Source: Sphaerodactylus townsendi
Lineage: Eukaryota
Length of the DNA stretch: 64,000 bases
Direction of reading: 5' to 3'
NCBI RefSeq assembly: GCF_021028975.2
Contig: NC_059437.1
Span: 44,516,001-44,580,000, forward strand
Shown here: piece by piece, positions 1 through 13,308 of the stretch
How positions within the stretch are numbered: the stretch's first letter is position 1
How the letters are laid out: each line of letters begins with the position of its first letter
Program-made: the position numbers and the translations under genes
Notes under the pieces: model-generated
The model's input: only the letters and a program-made list of their open reading frames with translations
Database searches by the model: none
Told to the model about the DNA's origin: nothing

Positions 1-554
1 GGGACCGGGACCTCGGAGTCATTGTAAATGTGATATAATGAGATAGAGCATTGTATAAACTATAAGTATTCAAACAAGGAGCATTTATTTTCCATGTCAC
101 GAGGAACTCTGTTCTGCCCAGTTAATCTAGGCTGTTATTTCTAACCAAGCCTGGACACATTTTTTCAGGAAAATGGTTTTGCCTAGTTTCCATATTTAGT
201 GTCAGTGTAGAAAGTGCCAAACAGAATTTGAAATGTATGAATTAGATGAACTTGTAATTTCAATTGGTATTTTCTTATTCAAGTCATGCTTTACAGCAGT
301 GATTTAAATCAAGTTAAGCTTTTTTAAAGTAATGGCTTTCAAGGTTTTTGAGTGAACTTTCTTCATGTACCTTTGTTGTGGAGGAATTCCTCTGTGCTGT
401 AGAGGATTCCAGAGCATGTCCTGGAGTTTGCATTGTGTTCATGTAGCACATGAGCCAAACCTTTTGGACATCCCAAAAGCCCTGCATACATTTAAAGTGT
501 GGATACTCCAGATACTCCCTTTCAACTATTCTTCATTGCAGAAGATGGTGATTG

Positions 555-1050
555 GGGGTTGGAGCACACAGGTAAGGCCAGGACTTTTCAGTTTTGGGAG
601 GAAAGACTAAGGGGAGTCATGATTGCAGTATATAAAATTATGCATGAGGTGGAGAAAATGGATTCCCTCTCCCATAATACTAGAACTTGGGGTACCGATG
701 GAAATTATTGGCATATAGGTTCAGGACAGACAAAAGGAAATATTTCTTTAGGCAAGAAGTGATTAAAACTGGAATTCTCTACCAGCAGTGGTAGTGATGG
801 CTGCAAGATTGGATTGTTTTAAAAGGGGTTAGACAGATTCGTGGGGGAGAGGTCCATCACTGGCTAGTAGCCATCACGACTGAATGGAGACTCCACCTGT
901 AGGGCAGCAAACCTCTGAATATAAGTGCTGGGAGACAGCAGCAGGGAGGGTCTCAGCCTCTATTCCCTTTTGGCTTGGTCCTTTGGGACAATTAGTTGAC
1001 CATTGTGTGAAGCAATATGCTGGATTAGATGGAACAGCAATCTGATCCAG
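555..1050 (+). mobile_element. CR1 LINE 3' fragment (degenerate)
   Basis: ERLRGVMIAVYKIM...SHNTRT, the CR1 ORF2 C-terminus, followed by CR1 3'UTR ending ttatgttct. Confidence 0.85.
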
Positions 1051-3227
1051 CAGGCTGTATTTATGTTCTGATAAGAGAAGTGGTGGAGGGTTTGTGTTTT
1101 GCAGTTGTTTGCCTATTGTTTCTATTCTCTGTTGCTTTGAAGGAATAACTGTCCATGTAAAAGTGTTCTTTTAGAAAAGCACTTTAGTATTGGTAGAATA
1201 CATACCAACATTTTGATGTATCCCAGTGCCACTTAAGGCTAAGTGATGTGTGATTATCGGAAGAAAATGATGATAATTTGAGTGATGTGACTGGTTGCAA
1301 TCCAGAGCATATTGGTTTGTGAGTAATCCCTGTTCATCCCAATGGGACTTGCTTCTGAGTAAACATATATAGGGTTAGGCTGTAAGTGACAATATGTGAT
1401 CTGACTTTAATCACGCTCAATGCCTGTCTCAATGCCTGTCTCAAATCTATCTAATTATAACTGAATGCCTGTTCCACTGGGATAGAGAAATGTTAATCAA
1501 CTTGACTGCCTGTACAACTTCTGTGCCTCTACTCTACCAGCTTCATAAAACAGCTCACAATGAACTTTAGCACGTAAAATGTGTCCCAAGTGTTTTTGTT
1601 GAGAACTAAAAGCTGCTGGTTATTGTAAGAACACCGCTCATAAATTTTAAAGCTGAAACTAATACACAGGAATGAACTGCAGCTGTTAAGGTAATACTTT
1701 TATTCTACTGTAGTATAGTATTCCCTGACATACTGACTTGATTAGGTAAGGCCATAGGAAATTAATTTGACAGTTGTTTTTAAGCACTCTGAGACTAGCT
1801 GGCTTACTAGTGTTACTGCAGGGTTAGTCATGACACTGGTTCTGTTTTAATAAGAACTGTAAATTCAGTGAGGCTTAACTGTTTCAACAGTAGATTGGAT
1901 TCTTTTCCCCCTTGTGTCTCCCTTTTCCTTAATGTAGAAATTACTCAGCAGTTACCTTAGCTAGGCAATTAACCCAACGGTACTTTTGGGTTAAATGTTG
2001 CAGTTTCTGCTTCTAATTTTTTTAGGTCAGTTTAAAACAAATAGGTGTGTTTACTTCAGTAAAAATCAATAGAGTTACTATTTGGTAGGACAAATTTGAA
2101 CAGGGATTATGTACTCCTGGTCAAAAATTTCACTTAATCCTTCATGGAACAAGTTGTAGAGATTTTTGCTCCTTTTGCTGCTTTTATATAGCAAGACAGA
2201 CATAAGGTCTTGCTTATTCTGGCCACCAGAAACAGTTTTGCATTTCCTTGGCTTTTGGCACTTCACAATGCCCTCTCAAGCAGAGTTGCACCCTTCTAAA
2301 TCCATTGAAGGCCTAAAAGGGTGTCACTTTGCTTAGACTGTCCCTATAAATCTCTGTAACCCTTCTGTACTTTGCAATGAATGATAAATGAATGAAGACT
2401 GCAAAAAAGGACAGTCACCAAAGGAAAACCTTGTTTTACTGTGTGTTTATGAATCATGACTGAACACTCTTTTTGATATATATGCACTTCAGATCTGTTA
2501 GCATAAAGAAGATGGATGGGCTTCACATTTGGGGAGATTCTTTATTTGTTGAACACCATTTTATGTAGCCATTTTATGTTGTGGCTTCTTTCAGACAGAG
2601 AGGCAAAACATATGTGGACACACGCACACAAGAAACATGTGTCTGCAATGTAGCCTGCTTCTTCTCTGCTGCTGTGCACAGACTGGGCATCAAAAGTGGA
2701 GTGCAGGTATAATGTTCAGCCATAATTGGCAAGACTTATTGCATGAGCCTTCGTTAAGATTCAGAATTTATAGGGAAATCATAGTATTACCTGTTCAGTT
2801 AAGCCCTGCCCTGGAGGTTGTTTTGGGAGACATAATGAGGGTTGTGTGGCTAGAGAAGCAGGTAATGCTTAACCATTATTAGCAAACTTGTTTCCAGCGG
2901 TGTTTCACATCCTGACTTGGAGCTGATCTTTATTGTTTGCAGGGTGAAATGATTCAAATCAAGGCTATTGATGTCAGCAAGCAACAAGTCAAGTTCCTTG
3001 TTTTTAAATTCCTATTCTGTGAATGGCTGTATATGAATTGGTCACTATAACTATTGGAAATTTGTTTGTAATTTCATAAAATATTCGGTCTAGAATCTCT
3101 GGTCAAAAAGGCTCATGCTGCTTGCAGCACACATCAAACTTGATTAGGGGAACAATCATAAAATGAAGGGCTTTCTGTTTGGCTTTGTGTTCACATGTGA
3201 GAACATGGAGCAAGATCATTTACTTTA

Positions 3228-3523
3228 AGCAGCAGTGGCGCAGTGGTTAAGAGCAGGTGCACTTTAATCTGGAGGAACCGGGTTTGATTCCGCGCTTTGC
3301 CGCCTGAGCTGTTGAGGCTCCTCTGGGGAATTCAGATTAGCCTGTATACTCCAACACACGCCAGCTGGGTGACCTTGGGCTAGTCATAGTTCTTCTGAGC
3401 ATTCTCAGCCCCACCTACCTCATAGGGTGTTTGTTGTGAGGAGGAAAGGGTAAGGAGTTTGTAAGCCCCTTTGAGTCTCCTATAGGACAGAAAGGGGGGG
3501 ATATAAATCCAACTCTTCTTCTT
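3228..3523 (+). mobile_element. tRNA-derived squamate SINE (Squam3-like)
   Basis: A/B-box head (gtggcgcagtggttaagagc...ggtttgattcc), ctgggtgaccttgggctagtca body, (ctt)n tail. Confidence 0.85.
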
Positions 3524-3814
3524 GTAAGATCCCTGTTGAAATCTGGTACAGAATTGTGTAGTGGAATCCTGAAGAGGTGTTTTCTTGTAGCAAGGGTGAC
3601 AATTACTGAATAAACCAGTGGGTTTTCATTCAATGGAACATTCCCATGCTAGCTTTCATGCAATTCAGGATTTGCCATAGTTTCTCCATGGGGTGGTTCT
3701 TCTATTCAGAAAAGGAAGCTTTAAGACTGTCTGTCTAACATGCAACCAAATGACATACTTTCCTCAAGCCAATTCATGATGTTTATGTTGCATTCAGATT
3801 TTATTTCAAACCTT

Positions 3815-4010
3815 ATTATGTTATATCATTTTTTCCATAGTGAGGACCCAAAGCAGCTTACAAAATTCCCCCTTCTCCATTTTATCCTGGCAACAACCTT
3901 GAGATGTAGGCTGAGAAGTACTACTGGCCCAGGCTCACCCAGCAAGCTTCTGTGGCCGTGGAGATATGAATCTGGGTCTCCCAGAGCCTAGTCTAGTACT
4001 AACCTCCACA
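3815..4010 (-). mobile_element. Older tRNA-derived SINE
   Basis: Degenerate ctggcccaggctcacccagc...gaatctgggtctcccaga, related to the other SINE copies. Confidence 0.6.
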
Positions 4011-5275
4011 TTATGCTTCAGGGATAATGTACCTGACTGATCTAAAAATCTAAAAGTTAGATTTTTGTTCACCCTGTTGATTTTAGATTTTTCCGATGTA
4101 ACACTTTATGCAGTATTATATCAAACCATGAACCGTACACTTCAAGCCATGCTGGTGCATGACTGCCAGTTAGTCTAACCATAATTGTACAGTGCTTCGG
4201 TCCTCTAATTTGAAAGTTTCCTTTCAGACTTTTAAAAAAGGGTGTATGCCCTTCTTTGCCTATGCAAACCTGCAATTTGAACAAGATGACAAGATAACCT
4301 GTTTAGTAAACTAGCGTGTTAAGCATTTTTGTAAACTGCCTTGGGTCATTTGGGGTAAGGCAGAGTAGGAATGTTATTAATTCATTTAAATAAATGTTAA
4401 GATAAAAGAATTAAACCAATGCATATCTTAACCAGTTTGTGCAGCTCTCCCTTTTAAGAACTTGAGCATAAACTATACCTCGTCATCCAGCAGTAGTTTT
4501 GGTTGTCTTTTGTTCTGGCTATAGCTCAATAAATGCTTTGAGAAGCAATTATATTAACCTAAATCAATAAGAGAATGTATTGGTCTACTTAATTTAGCCC
4601 CCAATAGCCATGGTGTTTCACAATGGGACTTTAGTGCTTTGTCACAATGTGCACTTCTTAGCGTTTCTGTAATTTAGAAATGTGCATTTAAATCATGTTC
4701 CATGAACACATTTCCACCAATTGTTCTTCTCTTAATGTTTCCAATTATGCTATTTTCCAAACTGCAGTAATCTAAACTACATGATGGAAAATGGACTTTA
4801 TGTTTCATTCTGCAATTATCACGTGTGTATCCTTGCATTTCCTGTCCTTACAAGACTAAATTTCAGGTGCAATTATAATTTTGCTGTTTGGAGGTTGTGA
4901 TCCCTTTGACATATAACCAGCAATGATGACATAGTTCTGAACTTTTTTCTGACTTGGCAACTTAAAACAAAAATTAGCAAGTTCCTGTAAATTGTTTCAT
5001 ATCTCCAGTTATATAGAAGTACTCTGAAGTACTGTTGCCAGATCTACACACAGGAGTAACTTCCTTTGCCGTTGCTGCTTGCACTATTATCCTTGAACTG
5101 TTCTGATTTTTTGTTGGTTTACTGTAGATGGCACAGCCCAGTTTCTCAGTGGTCTGCCAAAACTGATTGAATAGAAAAACAACTTTCATGTGCCACACCA
5201 TAGCTATCAGGACCCCATGGATGCAAGCAACATATAAGATCCAGTAATACACCACAAAGGTTGCAACAGAATCAA

Positions 5276-5569
5276 GTAGAAGAATTTGGGTTTATAAGGA
5301 GAAAAAACTCAAGGATGTTTATAAACTCCTTCCCTTCCTCTCTCCACAACAGATGCCTTGTGAGACAGGTGGGACTGAGAGAATTCCGAAGAACTGTGGC
5401 TAGCCCAAGGTCACTCAGCAGGAATGCAGGAGTGCGGAAACACATTTGGTTCACCAGATAAGAGTCTGCCGCTCATGTGGAGGAGTGGGGAATCAATCCC
5501 GATTCTCCAGATTAGAGGCCACCTGGTTCCAGATTAGAGGCCACCTGCTCTTAACCACTGTACCACACT
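5276..5569 (-). mobile_element. tRNA-derived SINE (Squam3-like) with internal tandem duplication
   Basis: Reverse-complement match to 3228-3523; tccagattagaggccacctg occurs twice. Confidence 0.85.
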
Positions 5570-6139
5570 GGCCAAATCACAGAGGCATCACTTTCAAACC
5601 AAATTCAAGTGGTCTCTTAACAACTAACAATCATTTCACTATGAGCAAAGCCAGTGAATACAGAATTAAGTGTAAGGAAATACACACACACATGATCAAA
5701 CAAAAAAATATATGCTTATGTTACTAAAATCTGTTTAGCCTGAAACTGAGGTCCAGTTCTCGTTGCAGGAGAGGAGTTCCATAGACATGGAGCTGCTGTA
5801 GAAAAGGCAGCCTTTTTGTGCTTCCCCCAACCTCGCTTTCAATAGTGAGGGTTCCTAGAAAAGAGTCGGAACAGATCTACACAGTCCTTTAAGAATCTGG
5901 TACCAGATTATTGGTGCTTTACAGATAACTAGAATTGTGTTTATGAGTGAATAGGCAGCCAGTATAGTTCTTTAGTGTTGGGGTGGTAGATGACTAATAT
6001 ATGTCAGTCCTATAACTGTTGCATTCTGTGCTAGTTGAAGTTTCCTAGAGAAGTAAAAGCCCAGTAGAGAAAAAATCATTTTTTCCTGATAACCTTTTCA
6101 GTAAATTTGATGGGAAAAACTTCTAAGAAATGTTTTTAT

Positions 6140-6320
6140 TTAGCCATTTATACTGACTTTTCTCCCCATTGGGAACTAAAGTGGCTTACGCCACCATCCT
6201 CCCGTCTTCCATTTGATCCTTGCAACAGTCACTTGCTGAGCCAGGTTTGGGTGAGAGGCTGCAGTTGGCCCAAGGTCACCCAGCGAACTCCCCTGGCAAA
6301 ATGAGGATTCTAACCTGAGT
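6140..6320 (-). mobile_element. Older tRNA-derived SINE fragment
   Basis: ggcccaaggtcacccagc core shared with other copies. Confidence 0.55.
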
Positions 6321-6705
6321 TGTTGGAACGTGAAGTAGTTTTTAAGGTAACGTGTTAGTCACTCAGAATAGTATGAACGTGTTTGATGTCAGACAGGTCC
6401 GCAGCACTATATAGTTACTGGAAGAAAATGCTGTGCATTGTTTTCACTGTCTAGAGTTGGCTGCAATGGTGAGAGCAGTATCAGTTTCGAAGCTATCCTT
6501 GAGCAAGCTTAACAACCAATTCTCCCCCTCTCCTTCCAGGCACCCTTAGCATACTGACAGCATGCCTGCTGGGGCACTCCTAAGCAGTCATGCTTCAGTA
6601 GCCCTGATAATGGTGGGAAGAGGAGGCAGTTCTATGCCATGCCAGTGGGCCTTTCCTGAGGCTGAGACTGCACCTGCTGGACCACTCCAGCAGGCATGCT
6701 CTCCT

Positions 6706-6889
6706 CAGGGGCGGAGCAAGGGGAAACTGCGCCTGGGGCAGATGTGCGCCCTGCTCCCCTGATAACCCTCTTCTGCCCTGCCCTGGAATGCCCTTGCCAC
6801 ACCCCTTCCACACCCCCACAGGGGAACGCGCCCAGTGCATCATGAACCCCCCTCTCCCTTGGCGCCTTGCCACTAGCGCTCCACCCCAG
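6706..6889 (+). mobile_element. GC-rich non-autonomous hAT-like element (CAGGGGCGGAGC family)
   Basis: Similar to 10184-10351 (reverse), 47629-47808 and 54901-55054. Confidence 0.7.
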
Positions 6890-8423
6890 TAATGGAGGCA
6901 CTGGAAAGTCCAGGAATTCTTCTCCCCCCACTTCCCAGTTTCAGCATCCCTGCAGAGGAAGGAGGGAGCATCCATTCTCCCCGGCAAAGGATTGCAAACA
7001 GGGTGGCCACCCAGCAGTGCTGTGGATCAGCTCCTGCAGCTGGAAGGGTTGGTGCTTTGTCTGCCCATCTTTCCCACCACAATGGCTGCTCTAGTTAGAC
7101 CAGCAGCACTGGTGGCTCCATGCTTCCCTTGGCAGTGCTGCTGGCTGGCTGGCTCGTTATTGAAGTGGGGAGGCTAGGCGTTTCCTACGGCCCCTAATGT
7201 AACAAACAGTAGTTTGGGGCAGAGAGTGAACGAAGCCTCTTCCCTTCTGGCCAGGTGACCGGGGGATCAGATTTGAAGCCCAAAACAAGCTTTCTGCTCT
7301 ATGCCCAGACTGTTAGATAAGCTGGCTGGCAGGTAGTTTGGAATGAAGTGGGTTAAGGGACTCATTTTATCCATAACTTATAGAGTGAGATGTGTATTAT
7401 TGTACTCTGTTAAAAAGATAAGTATTTTCAATGTTATATATTCTTAACTTTATAAGTGAGAACCTGTGAAATTCACAGGGGAAGAAAGTCCCATCTGCTT
7501 TTCTCTGTGTGTCTCCCCCCCCCCCCCCCCAGCCACAATAATAATAATTGTTTGGATTTAAGACCTCTCCCAAACCCTACTCCTTCAGGAAGCAGACTGA
7601 TTCTTTAATATGATTGACCAGCAGGACTTCCATTCTGTCTGGATCGAACTTGGGCATATGAGGGTCAGTAAACTCAGTGCTATTTTGAGATATCCGTTCA
7701 AAACATTCACAGTATCACCTCGCTTGAAATTAAGATGTGAAGCTTTGAATGTTATCATGGTACTGATGACACTTTCCTCCAGACTGCTGGATGGCCTCTC
7801 CCAGTGGTCTCATGTAGAAGCTAATCAGTATGGGAGCAGTGTGAGATGTTGATTGATGCCTCTTGGTAGCTAACTAGTTCAGAAGGTACCATGACTGATG
7901 GTATTGAAAGCCACCAAGAAGTTCAGAATCATCCACAGAGATGCGCTCCCCATCTCTTTCCCCTGCTAGTGAGCCATATATCCTGGACTTACACCAAAAA
8001 CTGTGTGACATGAATCATTTGTGGGAATACAGTGATCTAGAGTTGTAATACTATTCTGAGATGTATGTGTTAATGGTAGCCTTGACATGAATGCTTGAAA
8101 CCCAAGAATTAAAAACACTGAGACCCTAATGCCATCTGAGGCCATTTCTGGTAGTTCAGGCAGAGAGAGGGGGATGGTATACCAGCAGGATCATGACTCT
8201 CCTTGTATTTCTGACACTATTTATGTCATTTCCATATTGCGGTTTTGCATGATAAAGGACCTGTAGAGGGCAATTTTAGCCCAGTGGACTGCAGTCACTT
8301 CCCGTCCCCAACTACTGATGCTACATTGATAAACCTGGCAGATGCTGTTAGCATAGAGCAAGCTGCTCTCCTCCTGCTCCCTCCCCACCCCAATCTTCTA
8401 CCAGACTTTGGTAATAGAATTAG

Positions 8424-8850
8424 TTAGTTTATTTATTTACAGTTAACAACCAATGAAACAGCAATTCATAAAAAGCCAAATTCCAAATTATTTATAAATG
8501 AAGAGATTAGAAAGTTAAAATATAAAGTAAAACTTATTTTAACATTCTATAGTAATTAAGGGGTCCACATGCTCTAATGTATTTGTTTACGAAAACACAA
8601 AACTGCGCTACATCATTGGAAACTCTCTTGTCCTTACCCAACAGCAAATAGTTCAGTTTCCATTTATTTTCCTGCCCATTCAGTCAAAATAGGCCCCAGG
8701 ATTTCTTCTCTAAACTTGTCATATAGAGGGCATTTAAGCAACTTATGTTCTAGCTAATTGACTTCTTCCAAGGAGCAACCACAGAGTTTCTGTTCGTAGG
8801 GATTTTCTTGAATCTATCCTCTAAGACAGCAGATGGCAGGGTGTTGCTTC
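8424..8850 (-). mobile_element. 3' end of a non-LTR retrotransposon with zinc knuckle (tentatively RTE-X-like), degenerate
   Basis: Minus strand reads NTLPSAVLEDRFKKIP/YEQKLCGCSLEEVN*LEHKLLKCPLYDKFR (CxC..H..C), ending in a (taaa)n tail. Confidence 0.65.
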
Positions 8851-10090
8851 GAGCCAATGAAAACATCCTCCTTTGATTTTTGTTCTCTAGGGAAAAAAGG
8901 GGGGGCTGGTAATAGAATGAAAAAAACAACCAAAATATTGACAGTATTTGTACTATGCAAAATATTGACTTGTACTATGCATGGGAAACACGATGATCTG
9001 GGACAACCATCTAGGCCTGAGTAGTTCTCGCTTTCATGCAGAATTGAGTTTTGAATGTTGGATGTTTTCTCATGAACTTGCCGGGTGTTCAGCAACAGCT
9101 CTTCAGACTTGGTGGCCTGCTGACATGGCCGTTGGGAACTTGTCTAGCAAGAAATTGCCACAAGAGTTGGCGGAATATCAATCCAAAGGTGGATACTTAG
9201 TCAGATACTTCCTCTGCCTCAAATCAAGAAGTAACTTTTCATCTTAGCAGTTTTATGGAAAACTGTCAAGGGGAACTAAAGTATGCATTCTTACTGCATA
9301 CATTTCAGTATTTTATTAGTCCTTTTGTAGTCTTATAGTTGACGGAATCGAATGCAACATTGTTTATATGGAGGGGTGATGATGCTTGGATGTATTAAGT
9401 TGCTGGGTTCTTTGTGGAACTTGAAGGACTATGCAGAAATTAACTATGCAGAAATTAATGTTGTAAAATTAAAGTTGCGAGCTTGTTCAACTTGTCAGTA
9501 AATATTAAAACTGTGCAGGCCCAGGAAGGACCTGGCCTGGATCTAATGCATTACAGGGAGGTTTGAATGAGTGGTCTGGAAGACTGCCCAGAATAATTGC
9601 TCCCTGCAGATATCAAATAAACTTGCTCCAGAATAGTTCTCTGGCATGCTGTCTGGATAGAAAAACGAGTGCTTTCTCACCTTTTCTCCCCCGCCTCACT
9701 CAACAGGAGGGGTAGCATAGCTGGTAGATGAAAGATAACCTCTATTGTTATATTTGTGGGAGAAGGCAAGCTTCCCTGTCAACACTCACTGGCACACTGT
9801 TTCTGCCTTTACAAGTTTATTGACAATAATGCCTGAAAATGCACTAAATTGACAGTCTGACTATCAGGCATCTCAGCCTTTGCCTTTGTACTTTTTGTCT
9901 ATAGCTGAGGATGCTTCATACTTTTCTGTTCTCTCACACTGATATCATCTTGGTATGGGAGAAAACATGCATGACTGTGGAACCATGCTGGCTCATTGTG
10001 GTCTATAGTGATTAGTAGTGGTTCTCTAAGGTTTCAGGCCACAAAGATCTTTCCATCACCTGGCACGAACTCCTATATCTGGATCTAGTC

Positions 10091-10383
10091 CAGTGGTGGC
10101 GAACCTATGGCATGGGTGCCAGAGGGGGCACTCAGAGCCCTCTTTCTGGGCACGTGAGCTGTCGCCCCAGTTTGGGCACTCAGCAGTGGCATAGCGCCAA
10201 GGGGGTAAGGGGTGCACGACGCACTGGACGAGGTGTTTCGGGGCGGGGTGTTTCAGGACATTCCAGGGGCATTCCAGGGCAGGGTGGGGGTGTAGCAGGG
10301 GCACAGGGTGCACGTGTGCCCCAGGTGCAGTTTCCCCTCGCTCCGCCCCTGGCACTCAGTCTCTAAAAGGTTCGCCATCACTG
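10091..10383. mobile_element. Non-autonomous hAT element (internal-deletion relative of 27769-28305) with a second element nested at 10184-10351
   Basis: TIRs cagtggtggcgaacc/ggttcgccatcactg; inner element flanked by perfect 8-bp TSD gcactcag. Confidence 0.85.
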
Positions 10384-10461
10384 ACCTAGTTTAAGACCTT
10401 TTGGCATGCAAAATACATATTTCACTAGTGAGCCATTTCTCCTTTGCTAATATAACAAAAG

Positions 10462-10738
10462 GAGCCACATGCCGTAGTGGTTAAGTGCTTGCACTGCCAC
10501 TCCCAGGGTCAGGAGTTCAAGCCCCCTGTGGGTCAGATATCCTGGCACTGGCTCATGGTCAACTCAGCGATCCATCCATTTCTTGGTCGGTAAATGAGTA
10601 CCTAGCACATAGCTAGGGGGTAAAGAATAGCCGGGGAAAGCAATGGCAAACTACCCCACAAAAGCGACTTGCCTATAAAATCATTGCTTGCAGTGGTACC
10701 CCAGGGTCGAACACAACTGAAGGGGAAACCTTACCTTT
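10462..10738 (+). mobile_element. Sauria SINE
   Basis: tRNA-like head, gtcaactcagc...ggtcggtaaatgagtacc core, BovB-like tail ending accttacctt. Confidence 0.8.
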
Positions 10739-11243
10739 AATATAACAAAAACACTTAATTTTACCATTTGCAGTTTCCCTCTGGATATATAGGGCCAGGT
10801 GGTTTGGATCCTTTGAGACTCAAGCTTTTAAGTGACAAAGGAGCCTTCCATAACCACTCAATGATGCCCTTGAGTATTAGAATGTGGGAGAGTTCAAAGT
10901 CATCCGGCATGCTGACTCCTTGTGTGTGAATAGAAAATGAACCACACTTGTTTTCTGCTCAACCAGCACATAGCCTCTTAGCCTCTGGACCCACAGACTT
11001 CTTCTCTATGCTACCATAGGTTGCATGTACTTGCTGACTGATCAATTTATTGAGGGTTGCTATTATTCTCCCTGTTCTCCCAGGTGTCTGCAAATAGGTA
11101 CCCTGCCTTATTAATACAAGGCATAATCTTGCATATAAATTGATGACTATTTTTATTGTAATGTTGCTAATGTGAATCTTTGATTAGATAGATATGCTTT
11201 AAGAAGACTGAGTTGCTTATTTGCTTTTCCCCCTTTCTTGCAG

Positions 11244-11406
11244 GTTGTGACTGTTTCTTCTGTGGCGTCTGTGTGGAAAGTGCCACACACACTCCAGAAC
11301 AACAACGGCTTTTGCTTGTATCTTCCAGTGTTTCTTTTGTCAGCGAGTTCAGCAAAGTTGTAATTCAAGTGCCAGCCCGGATCAGAGTGAGGAACCCGTA
11401 ACAGAG
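11244..11406 (+). other. YPEL1: YPEL1 5'UTR part of the first coding exon (upstream non-coding exon not identified, probably before the window)
   Basis: Polypyrimidine acceptor ttttccccctttcttgcag ends at 11243; no ATG between it and the start codon at 11407. Confidence 0.75.
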
Positions 11407-11523
11407 ATGGTAAAAATGACAAAATCCAAAACGTTCCAGGCTTATCTGCCAAACTGTCATCGAACTTACAGCTGTATCCACTGCAGAGCCCATCTAGCCA
11501 ATCATGATGAACTGATTTCCAAG
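11407..11523 (+). CDS. YPEL1: Yippee-like 1, coding exon 1 ([39 protein letters not shown])
   Basis: Translation matches the vertebrate YPEL1 N-terminus including the first CxxC; ends at non-canonical donor AAG|GCAAGT. Confidence 0.97.
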
Positions 11524-11669
11524 GCAAGTGGTCTTAGACCTCCATGATTACGTGGTCTGATACCCATTTATAATCTGTTTTAGTTGCGTTAACAAACTGA
11601 GCTGGTTTGCCAAACCATTGTGTTATAAGTGTTGTGCTAGAAATTCAGTTGGCATGCATGTATGCCCTG

Positions 11670-11852
11670 AATTTATTTATATCCCTCTTTTCTTCCTGAT
11701 GGAGATCAGAAACACTGAACATTACTCGCCACTCCATTCTTTCACCACAAGCACCCTGTGAGATAGGTTTGGTTGAGAGAGTGTGACTGTTACCCGGCAA
11801 GTTTGCATGGTAGAGTGGGGATTTGAATCCAAGTCTTCCAGAATCCTAATCC
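11670..11852 (-). mobile_element. Older tRNA-derived SINE
   Basis: ccctgtgagataggt...gagtggggatttgaatcc pattern. Confidence 0.55.
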
Positions 11853-13042
11853 AACTGTCCCTCAACATTGAACAATTACATAAAGATATTTCTAGGCTCT
11901 GTCATTTCTGTTAGAGACTCAATACTTCTCTGTATGTTTGGACTTTAGGTTCTGATCTATTTATGAAAAATAATTCTGTTCAGATGAAATAGAATTGTCA
12001 GAATTGAAGTCACTGCAGATAACATGAGCAATTTAGTTCTGGTGTTGTAGGGGACTTTGCAGAAATTAGTAGCTTGCATCTTCTGGAAATGCACATTATT
12101 ACAGATGTCAGCAAGCCTGCTCAAAAAGCACACATTGGAATAGTTTTTTTGACCCATTTGTTATCATTTTCTCTTTTTATCTGCTGTTTAGCCTTGCAGC
12201 CCTGACCATCCCTCTTCCCAAATAAAAGCCTGAGGAGAGAAGTTTTGTTTTCCCTTTGAAATATAAATGTGTTTAGGTTCCCCCTGCACAGTCTCTTTAA
12301 ACCATGGAAAGGGAAATGTTTATACTAATCCAGAATTTCCTACACAGCAGTGCAGTCTACTTATCTATATGCACTGTCTACAGAAGATGCTTTTGATGAT
12401 AGGCATTACGTTAGTAGCCTCTGTTGCTGTATTGCTGGTTCACACTATGGGTTTTAAACTTGCTGAACACAGATACCCTAAAGGAGGGGTAGAAGCATTC
12501 CTTATAGCATTATTATTGGGTCAATGTGTTTTCATCCTATACCAGTTAGAAAGGCCTCTTGATTCTGTGAACTGTCCTCAGATTCTGTAACCTTTTTTTG
12601 TTCCCAAAGTAGTATTGTCTCATTCTCAGGTGAAAGAGTTCAGATTTTGAATAAACAATGTACCAAACATAAAAAGTGTCCAACATCTACTTTCTTGAAT
12701 TGCTAGTACACCTGACACATACATTTCAAGAGATTGGATCATGTAAATGCAGAATAGTCTGGTAATTAAAGATTGAGTTTAACTAGGCTAATTAGCATAG
12801 CTTAGGTAATGATAGTTTTTTGGCTGTAATTATAAATATGTCACTTTCTTGTTTTCCCGGTTTGGAGTGTTCATGAGTCAGTCATGTAATGAGGTTTGAA
12901 CAATAATCTAAAGGTATAAAGCATTGAGTCTCAAAACAAGCACGTTCAGTGCAGGGAGTTGAGTCACAGTTGTTTAAAATAAATCCAGACACTTCCAGGA
13001 TTGCAAGTTACATGCAGGGAAATGTGAATCACTTATTTAAAA

Positions 13043-13308
13043 CTAGCAGTAAAGCCCGTTGTAAGGTAAGAGATACAGCAGGTCTAGATAGGGTCGGGGG
13101 TGAGGGCAAATAGGGGCCGGGAGGGCTTGCTGCGGGTGGGCAGGAGGGCAAAGGGGCTTTTGAGGTACCGGAGCATTGGCAGCAAGGATGGAATATCAGA
13201 CGATGAACCCTCCACCAATAAGGGAAGAGGACTCACTTTCCTGCTTGCTTATTGGTGGAGGGTCTGTCGTCAGATATTCCATCCCTTAGCACTTTATTAT
13301 TGGTAAGA
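13043..13308 (-). mobile_element. Non-autonomous Helitron (266 bp)
   Basis: Minus strand starts TC after A and ends CTAG before T, with an imperfect subterminal hairpin (cctgctgta/tacaacggg) about 8 nt before CTAG; no TSD. Confidence 0.7.
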
